From: an uncultured bacterium
Lineage (GTDB): Bacteria > Hydrothermota > UBA3073 > NMUJ01
Length of the DNA: 13,895 nucleotides
Direction of reading: 5' to 3'
Assembly (NCBI GenBank): GCA_965612795.1
Contig: CBFDTI010000032.1
Location: 1-13,895 of the forward strand
The notes beneath the pieces are model-generated. The model searched no databases. It was given only the letters and a program-made list of their open reading frames with translations, and was not told the DNA's origin. Below, piece after piece: positions 7,098 to 13,895 of the stretch. The position numbers and the translations under genes are program-made. Each line of letters begins with the position of its first letter. Within the stretch, counting starts at the first letter, position 1.

Positions 7098-7217
7098 CAA
7101 AGATTGTGGTTAATTGGAAATGCTCGCTACTTTAATTTTACAACCCATCCACATACCACATGTGAACGTAACAGCCATCTTCTGATTCTGACATATGTTA
7201 GCCCCTATCCCACACTG

Positions 7218-8309
7218 TCAACCACCATACTTATAATAAGCGGCACAGGTACCTTCGGATGATACCATGCATGGCCCGATGGGGTTTGATGGCTTACACA
7301 CGGTTCTGAACAACTTACAATCGAGTGGTGTCTTCACCCCACGCAATATTGCTCCACATATGCAGCCAGGATGTTCTTTTGGTGGTGGTACCTCCACAGG
7401 CATGGAGGATTCGGCATCAAGCTCTGCAAATCTATCGCTGAGCTTCAACCCACTCTTTGGTATGACACCCAAGCCACGCCATTCAGTATCCGTGATATCG
7501 AACACCTCACGCATAAGCTGTAAAGCTTTCTGGTTACCCATGGGTTTGACTGCACGCTTGTACTGTATCTCTACTGTTGGTGCGTTATCTACAAGCTGTT
7601 TCACCAACATGTATATGGATTGCAGGATATCGAGTGGCTCAAACCCCGCAATCACACATGGTATACCGTATTTGTTGGCAATAAACTCATACGGTTGGCT
7701 ACCTATTATTGTGCTGACATGTCCGGGACATATGAACCCATTTATACGTAGGTCCGGATCCTGTATCAACACCTCCATAGCGGGTGGTATCAACTTATGT
7801 CCACAATATACAAAGAAATTCTTAACCCCCTGCTCATAAGCTAACTTGATCGTCACCCCCACGGTAGGTGCGGTGGTCTCAAACCCTATCCCAAGGAATA
7901 CCACCTTCTTGTCAGGCACCTGTTGTGCAAGCTTCAACGCATCCATGGCTGAATATACTACCACCACATTTGCACCCTGTGACCGCACTTTCTCCAAACT
8001 GTAGTACGAACCCGGTACCTTAACCATATCGCCAAACGTCGCAACTATAACATCCTGTAGCCTCGAATACGCTATCGCACGGTCAAGGTAGTGGTTAGGG
8101 GTAACGCAAACCGGGCAACCCGGCCCCGACAGCAACCTTATATTCTCTGGCAACACCTTACGTAACCCCGTACGTGCGATAGCCATCGTATGTGTACCAC
8201 ATACCTCCATGAGCACAATCTCGTCATCGTAACTGGTGGCCAACTCATGTATACGGGTGAGCAATCTCTGTGCTAACTCAGCATCACGATATTCCTGGAT
8301 GTATCTCAT
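7218..8309 (-). CDS. hypD: Hydrogenase maturation Fe-S scaffold HypD
   Basis: MEVCGTHT, GPGCPVC, GFETT, PGHVS and C-terminal CICG...DC.LF...C.P.NPIGPCMVSSEGTCAAYY. Confidence 0.98.
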   Translation of the reverse strand: MRYIQEYRDAELAQRLLTRIHELATSYDDEIVLMEVCGTHTMAIARTGLRKVLPENIRLLSGPGCPVCVTPNHYLDRAIAYSRLQDVIVATFGDMVKVPGSYYSLEKVRSQGANVVVVYSAMDALKLAQQVPDKKVVFLGIGFETTAPTVGVTIKLAYEQGVKNFFVYCGHKLIPPAMEVLIQDPDLRINGFICPGHVSTIIGSQPYEFIANKYGIPCVIAGFEPLDILQSIYMLVKQLVDNAPTVEIQYKRAVKPMGNQKALQLMREVFDITDTEWRGLGVIPKSGLKLSDRFAELDAESSMPVEVPPPKEHPGCICGAILRGVKTPLDCKLFRTVCKPSNPIGPCMVSSEGTCAAYYKYGG

Positions 8310-8524
8310 TGAAGTTTCGCTATCTGACGCAAAATCGATAGCGTCTCTTCAGCCTCCTTCTCGTCCAGCTTCTGTATAGCGAACCCCGCATGTACGATTA
8401 CGTAGTCACCAACTTTGACATCATCCACCAACTGTAAGCTTATGTGACGTTTGATACCTGATAGCTCGACGATTGCTTCATCGCCATGGATTTCGACCAC
8501 CCTCATCGGTATACCGAGACACAT
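8306..8524 (-). CDS. hypC: Hydrogenase assembly chaperone HypC
   Basis: MCLGIP, VGDYVIVHAGFAI..LDE.EAEETL. TAATG coupling to hypF and ATGA coupling to hypD. Confidence 0.98.
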   Translation of the reverse strand: MCLGIPMRVVEIHGDEAIVELSGIKRHISLQLVDDVKVGDYVIVHAGFAIQKLDEKEAEETLSILRQIAKLQ

Positions 8525-10899
8525 TATACCTCCTTTTTCTGAAAGTTAGCCACCATCACCTGACCCAACGCTATACCACCATCATTCGTAGGTACACGGC
8601 TATGTACGTAGACACGGAAGCCCGCATCGGTTAACAACTTGAACACCTGCCCCAACAGCAACATGTTCTGGAACACACCACCACTGAGTGCAACCTCGTT
8701 CACCCCATACCTGGTACGGATCTTTTCACATACATGAAGTATGATTTTAGCAACCGTACTGTGGAACTTACCTGCGATCACATCCACAGGCACCTTACGT
8801 TGTAGGTCGGTCACCACACCTGTGATGATAGGTGACGAATCTATCACCCACACATCGGTTCTATCGTCAACCCCATACTCATAGCTCATAACCCGTATAT
8901 TATCGGCCTCACTTGCTATCATCTCAAGCTCGATAGCTGCTTGCCCCTCGTAGTTGATCGTATCCCTCACCCCAATAAGTGAAGCAACCGCATCGAACAA
9001 CCGTCCCACACTCGAAGATAGTGGTGAATTAATCCCCTTATCGATCATGTTCTTGAGCACTTTATATTTGGAACGTTCCATCCGCTGCACGAAATCGATC
9101 TCAAGTGCCAGCATATCATCACCATATATCTGATACAGATAAGCCATAGCTATACGCCAGGGCTGTTTGATGGCTTGTTCACCACCCACCAGCGGTACGT
9201 ACCTGAAATGTGCCACCCGCTTGAACCCACCGTAGTCAGCGAGCAGGAACTCACCCCCCCACAGCGTACCATCTGTACCTAACCCGGTACCATCAAACGC
9301 CACACCGATAACCTTGTGGTTATCCAACATATTATCCGCCATACAGCTGGCGATATGTGCATGATGGTGTTGCACAGGTACCAACCGATACGCTTGTGGT
9401 GCCTTATTGTATAGCTCATACGCGTATTTGGTGGATAGATAATCCGGATGCAGATCATACGCTATGAGTTGTGGCTCGATATCGAACAGCTTCTTGAAAT
9501 GCTCAACCCCTGTCGTAAATGCGGTAAGTGTTTCGAGGTTCTCAAGGTCACCAATGTGATGGCTCATTATAACCTCAGCTTCATGTGCTAACGCAAACGT
9601 GTTCTTCAACTCTGCACCACATGCAAGTATCGTATGGGTGAACTCAACCGGTACACTTATCGGTGCAGGTACGTAGCCACGCGACCGCCGTATGATGAAC
9701 TCCTTACCAGTGGGTGCAAATATTCGGGTGACAGAATCGTCACACCTAACATGTATATCACGATCATGTATCAGAAAATACTCAGCAACCCCACGTAACC
9801 GTGTGATCGCATCATCATTCTCATATGCGATGGGCTCGTCAGAGATATTACCAGACGTCATCACCAGTACAGTCAACGGACTATTGTGGAACAACAGATG
9901 ATGCAACGGTGTGTAGGGTAACATAAACCCCAGGTATCGGTTGTTGGGTGCTACACTATCTGCGATCTTCGGTACTACAGGGTCGCTACGTCTACGTAGG
10001 AGTACGATTGGTGCTTTGGGTGATCTAAGTAGCTGCTCCTCCTCGGGTGATACCTCACAATACTTTCTTATCGTTGATAGATCTTTTGCCATCAACGCAA
10101 ACGGCTTATCCTCACGATACTTGCGGCCACGAAGCACCTTAACCGCAAGCTCGTTGGTGGCATCACAAGCTAAGTGGAACCCTCCCAACCCCTTAATTGC
10201 AACAATCTTACCCGCCTTCAGCAGCTGTATGGTTTGTTTGATGGCTTCAACCCCTCTGACACATAGGTTGGGGTTCGACGGCTGTATAAGTGTAACCTGT
10301 GGCCCACACACCGGGCATGCGTTCGGCTGTGCATGGAACCGCCGTGTTAATGGATCATCGTATTCGGATTGACAGGCGTGACACATCTTGAACTTAGCCA
10401 TCGTCGTATTGTGTCGATCATACGGTATATCCTTAACGATGGTGAAACGTGGCCCACAGTTGGTGCAGTTGATGAACGGATACAGATAACGGCGGTCGTT
10501 GGGGTCGAACAGCTCCCTGAGGCAATCACCACATGTGGCGATATCAGGTGACACCTGCGTCTTTACATGTGCTTGTGTGATACTGGGTAGGATTTTGAAC
10601 TCACGTTCATGCTTCAGAGGTAACGAAGTGATATCTATATTGGTGATCTCTGCCTGTGGTGGTGGTTCTGTCTTGAGCAGGGTTATGAACCTCTCTATCT
10701 TGGGGGGATCACCCTCCACCTCGATTATCACACCAGTTGATGTATTAGCTACCCAACCCACAAGCCCCAATCGTGTCGCGTACCGATATACGAGTGGACG
10801 AAATCCCACCCCCTGCACACGCCCGGTAACTGTTACCCTGATACGTTTAAGTGTGAACCCCTCGTCACACTTTCTATGTCGTACGGGGTTGAGCTCCAT
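8524..10899 (-). CDS. hypF: Carbamoyltransferase HypF
   Basis: Acylphosphatase GRVQGVGFRP, Zn fingers (CGDC..CTNCGPR; CHAC..RRFHAQPNACPVCGP), YrdC-like KGLGGFHLAC, Kae1-like QHHHAH, DGTGLG and PTNDGGIALGQ. Start probably ATG10899 rather than TTG10932. Confidence 0.97.
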   Translation of the reverse strand: MELNPVRHRKCDEGFTLKRIRVTVTGRVQGVGFRPLVYRYATRLGLVGWVANTSTGVIIEVEGDPPKIERFITLLKTEPPPQAEITNIDITSLPLKHEREFKILPSITQAHVKTQVSPDIATCGDCLRELFDPNDRRYLYPFINCTNCGPRFTIVKDIPYDRHNTTMAKFKMCHACQSEYDDPLTRRFHAQPNACPVCGPQVTLIQPSNPNLCVRGVEAIKQTIQLLKAGKIVAIKGLGGFHLACDATNELAVKVLRGRKYREDKPFALMAKDLSTIRKYCEVSPEEEQLLRSPKAPIVLLRRRSDPVVPKIADSVAPNNRYLGFMLPYTPLHHLLFHNSPLTVLVMTSGNISDEPIAYENDDAITRLRGVAEYFLIHDRDIHVRCDDSVTRIFAPTGKEFIIRRSRGYVPAPISVPVEFTHTILACGAELKNTFALAHEAEVIMSHHIGDLENLETLTAFTTGVEHFKKLFDIEPQLIAYDLHPDYLSTKYAYELYNKAPQAYRLVPVQHHHAHIASCMADNMLDNHKVIGVAFDGTGLGTDGTLWGGEFLLADYGGFKRVAHFRYVPLVGGEQAIKQPWRIAMAYLYQIYGDDMLALEIDFVQRMERSKYKVLKNMIDKGINSPLSSSVGRLFDAVASLIGVRDTINYEGQAAIELEMIASEADNIRVMSYEYGVDDRTDVWVIDSSPIITGVVTDLQRKVPVDVIAGKFHSTVAKIILHVCEKIRTRYGVNEVALSGGVFQNMLLLGQVFKLLTDAGFRVYVHSRVPTNDGGIALGQVMVANFQKKEV

Positions 10900-10932
10900 C
10901 GATATAAAATACGAGAATATCAAGATAGGCAA
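10900..10932 (-). promoter_or_regulatory. Candidate leaderless promoter of the hyp operon
   Basis: Minus strand: TTGCCT (10932-10927), 15 nt, TATTTT (10911-10906), 6 nt, ATG10899. No SD. Confidence 0.45.
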
Positions 10933-10973
10933 CGTATATTAGTCGTTTGTAGTGATGACAAGTATGCTACAGC

Positions 10974-13715
10974 TTACCTCAAATAGACGAGCTTTTTACA
11001 GTGGTTACACCAGGTAATAAAATAGACACCAGTTGCCGGTAGTGTACCAACCTCTATCGACTTCGTACCTGCAGGTACCGTGACTTGCTTCACTAACCTA
11101 CCGATCATATCATAGATTTTAACCCTACAGCTGGGTAATGGAGCGGTAAATTCTAACCTCAGCTCACCCATTTGTGGGTTCGATAATATAAGGTTACGGG
11201 CTACCCTGTGGCTATGTCGGCTATCACCAGTGGCTTCATTAACCAATGCATACATTACTGGCATACCCGAACGCATGGATATAACTGCTATTTTTGTACT
11301 CCAGTAGTATAATGTGTTGGGATGCCCGTATGGATCCATACCCGCGGGGTAGTTGACACCCAACAAGAAGCTATCACGTGCTCGCATCCAATGTACTGGA
11401 TTACCTGAGTAATGATATGCGTAGGTGAGCCCATCAGCGATAACTGTCATCCAGTTGTATAGAAATATGTCGTTCGAAGAGCCATCCAACCGCCACCTAT
11501 ATGGGAAGCCGGGCATCTTCGGTAATGAAGCGTTACCATGCGGGTAACCGGAATCGATCCATGCGTGGTTGACAAGGAAGTCTGCATACTTGATGAGCGA
11601 ACTTATCGCATGTGTGTCGGGAGCACACATCTCATCACGTAGTTTACAGTAGCGGCCGAGTGAGTTCATGAGCAACCCCACCATCCATGGCATCACGTAA
11701 AGCTCATGCTCCCCAGTAGGGCCATTGATATAGCGTTGACGTGCTGCATGTGCATCATCGACCACCAGTTCAGCACTTTCTAAGTATCCTACATCCCCGG
11801 TCATTATATAAGCTTGGGTGAGCACCTCCAGCAACATAGCTGGCGGCCGTGGCTCCATCACACGTGCACTGTCACCCCAGATCCATGCATAGGCGTAACC
11901 ATCGTTGGTACCGCGACCCATGGTGTTATCAACCCGATACTTGGCATTGTTTGCATGCTCAACCGCTACATCATAGAACCTGCGGTTACCAGTTATAAAG
12001 TATCCATAAACGTAACCATCGATCGAATAATCATACGTCTGTGGCCAATGGTAACGATGTGGCCGCTGATAGTCGGTAGCACCATGATCAGGTTCGGGGA
12101 AACGTCCACCATTACGCCAGTTCATATCACCAGTTGTGTGGTAGATATCGATATCGGTACTGTGGAAAAGTGCAGGTTCGATCAGATCGTACCATTCTAT
12201 TTCATGTCTACGTAGCATCTGCAAGATAGCGGCATAGATGTGATCATACTGTAGGTTATAACATGCATCACCATAGGCTTCAAAGTCAACCGGTAGCTCA
12301 CCGAAATCCATCCACCCAAAAAGGTGCGCTGAATCCCTTGCAGCTAATAGACCCTCTGCATGATAGCCGGGCCCATGTAGTGCGGTTTCCACCATCTGTT
12401 CGTACTTGACAAAATTCGTATCCGTAGCCAGTGGATTACTTGCGGGTACGAGCTCAAACAGCGCATACGTCTGTGCGTACCATTCGGGTGATGCCAACCC
12501 CACCAGCGGCGTATTGAGTGCAAGTACGACAGGTTTGGGGTCACTCAACTCATTTGCGAAATAAAATAGCAGTTCGTGCGTCTTCTCCTCGCCACCTCGT
12601 AGCTCAAACTCGTGCGCAAATTCCGATGGAAACAGTGCAACCTCTATCCTACCAGTGGGGTCAACCCGTATCGCCTTGGGAAAGTTCTGCCAGAAGTACC
12701 GTACCCAGCAGGTGATGCTATGTTCACCATCTGTGAGCATAGCAAACCCATCCGCTTGGTAACCAGAATCGACCGGTACATCACCCTCGTAGATACGCCA
12801 ACCACGGAATGTTACATAATGCTGTGGCTTGAGGTTGGGATCATTATGGTTACCGTAGTCTTTTAACTTCCAGTAATCCCACTCAGGTGTACCGTCGGAA
12901 TCCTGATATAAAGTGACCGGTTGTGTCAGATAACCTGTCTGTACGTGACCTTTTGCATCACCAATCTCATAGCTAAGCATACTACCGAGACAGGGTTGTA
13001 GAACCACACTGAGGTCGGAAAATATTGCAGCATTTAGACCACCACCTAAGTTAAGATCGCCCGGCATAGGATTCTGTAAGGTATAGAATACCCTAAGCCA
13101 GGGTTGGTCACGATATGCTTCAACCCTTACTGTGAATCTACAGAATTGTGCACCAGATTCCGAACGATGGTCACCCGTAAGCTTTATAACACAGCGTATG
13201 GGGCCGTTTGATTCGATTTGAGCATAATCGATCTGTCCATAACGTGATAAATAAGCTACATTATCGGCTGTGATCACAATCCCACCATCAGCTGGACGTA
13301 CCAGTGTATCGCCATCTAAGACAATAAGATCGAATAGGTTGAAACTATCCTTACGAATATGTACAAGCAACCTACCAGTGTTGATCTCGAAGAAATCACC
13401 ACTATCAGCAGCAAGGTCAGGCCATGAAGTGCCACCACCTGCATCGGTAAGCGTAAATTCTGCAGTATCACCCGCCGCTACACTTGCAAGAAACGTGACC
13501 AGCGCCCATTTGATGCTACCATCATGCCAATAGGCGAGCGGTTCAGCTTGGGTTGGACACCCCTCAACCGTAAGTACATCAGATGACCAGACTGTGCTCC
13601 TTGGGAACGGTATCCCTATCACCACAGGTTCGTATGCACGAGCTACACCGGTACGCTCGAACACGGAGATAGAAACCGTCACACAATGCAGTATCAAGCT
13701 CAACAGAGGGGTCAT
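10974..13715 (-). CDS. Secreted PcRGLX/YetA-like (exo-rhamnogalacturonan lyase-like fold) protein with a short T9SS-type C-terminal domain
   Basis: EPV..GIPFP, Q.EPLAYW.DGSIKW, INTG.L, E.NGPIR..IKL.G, VRYFWQNFPKAI, GEEKTHE, ASPEWYA, FGWMDFGE, N.QYD and H..DIDI.H match the family pattern as I recall it. Tail VKIYDMIGRLV...ATGVYFI......KKLVYLR. Confidence 0.7.
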   Translation of the reverse strand: MTPLLSLILHCVTVSISVFERTGVARAYEPVVIGIPFPRSTVWSSDVLTVEGCPTQAEPLAYWHDGSIKWALVTFLASVAAGDTAEFTLTDAGGGTSWPDLAADSGDFFEINTGRLLVHIRKDSFNLFDLIVLDGDTLVRPADGGIVITADNVAYLSRYGQIDYAQIESNGPIRCVIKLTGDHRSESGAQFCRFTVRVEAYRDQPWLRVFYTLQNPMPGDLNLGGGLNAAIFSDLSVVLQPCLGSMLSYEIGDAKGHVQTGYLTQPVTLYQDSDGTPEWDYWKLKDYGNHNDPNLKPQHYVTFRGWRIYEGDVPVDSGYQADGFAMLTDGEHSITCWVRYFWQNFPKAIRVDPTGRIEVALFPSEFAHEFELRGGEEKTHELLFYFANELSDPKPVVLALNTPLVGLASPEWYAQTYALFELVPASNPLATDTNFVKYEQMVETALHGPGYHAEGLLAARDSAHLFGWMDFGELPVDFEAYGDACYNLQYDHIYAAILQMLRRHEIEWYDLIEPALFHSTDIDIYHTTGDMNWRNGGRFPEPDHGATDYQRPHRYHWPQTYDYSIDGYVYGYFITGNRRFYDVAVEHANNAKYRVDNTMGRGTNDGYAYAWIWGDSARVMEPRPPAMLLEVLTQAYIMTGDVGYLESAELVVDDAHAARQRYINGPTGEHELYVMPWMVGLLMNSLGRYCKLRDEMCAPDTHAISSLIKYADFLVNHAWIDSGYPHGNASLPKMPGFPYRWRLDGSSNDIFLYNWMTVIADGLTYAYHYSGNPVHWMRARDSFLLGVNYPAGMDPYGHPNTLYYWSTKIAVISMRSGMPVMYALVNEATGDSRHSHRVARNLILSNPQMGELRLEFTAPLPSCRVKIYDMIGRLVKQVTVPAGTKSIEVGTLPATGVYFITWCNHCKKLVYLR

Positions 13716-13746
13716 GACCGAATTTCACTTCTTATCTTATAAGCGG

Positions 13747-13895
13747 TTATCTGATGTGTATCAGCTTACTTGTACAACGTGTATGTAATCCACGAGCTTG
13801 TAGCTTTAGCTCACATAGGTATATACCCTGGGCAACTCTTTGCCCAACATCGTTATCAGCATGCCACTCAACCGAATAGTAGCCAGCTGATAGCT
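13747..13895 (-). CDS. C-terminal end of another T9SS/FlgD-CTD secreted protein (5' part outside the window)
   Basis: Hand translation from 13893: LSAGYYSVEWHADNDVGQRVAQGIYLCELKLQARGLHTRCTSKLIHIR*, with TAA at 13749-13747. Matches the G.Y...W...D..G..V..G.Y...L CTD pattern. Not in the ORF track. Confidence 0.85.
   Translation of the reverse strand, partial: LSAGYYSVEWHADNDVGQRVAQGIYLCELKLQARGLHTRCTSKLIHIR

Noticed and set aside
7038..7100. ORF-track N-terminal extensions of HypE (TTG7100) and HypF (TTG10932)
   Set aside because: The extensions are non-homologous and overlap promoter-like sequence. ATG7037 and ATG10899 are preferred.
10992..11012. WCNHCKK as a thioredoxin active site
   Set aside because: It lies within the last strands of the sorting domain, with no thioredoxin fold around it.
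4922..13788. Plus-strand ORFs over the hyp and PcRGLX-like genes (e.g. 5602-6447, 7267-7839, 9941-10372, 10499-10942, 11814-12215)
   Set aside because: Ser/Pro/Thr-rich antisense translations of real minus-strand genes.
1..13895. CRISPR array, tRNA/rRNA, IS element or integrase
   Set aside because: No regularly spaced repeats, cloverleaf, terminal inverted repeats or transposase/integrase motifs were seen. The intergenic gaps are short.

Overview
Bacterial window with three parts. The three T9SS/FlgD-type C-terminal sorting tails suggest an FCB-related anaerobe, possibly WOR-3-like (inference only). (1) 1-2226 is an AT-rich defence islet: a 5'-truncated MNT nucleotidyltransferase plus HEPN pair, a 54-codon remnant resembling the two ends of a type I R-M HsdS, a small gene broken by a +1 frameshift in an A7 run, and an intact EVE-domain + PD-(D/E)XK nuclease (candidate modification-dependent restriction enzyme). 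(2) 2298-4851 holds an MBL-fold metallohydrolase and a secreted T9SS-CTD protein. (3) 4864-13895, on the minus strand, holds the tail of one T9SS-CTD protein, a PcRGLX/YetA-like T9SS-CTD protein, and a [NiFe]-hydrogenase maturation cluster hypF-hypC-hypD-hypE-hypA plus an Mrp/MinD-type ATPase. The last two genes look like the Thermococcales-type HypA / ATPase-type HypB pair, with no GTPase HypB in the cluster. A recurring TTGnnn-N15/16-TAnnnW-N6-ATG element suggests leaderless promoters. No rRNA, tRNA, CRISPR array or transposase was seen. Family assignments are from motif recognition; no searches were run.
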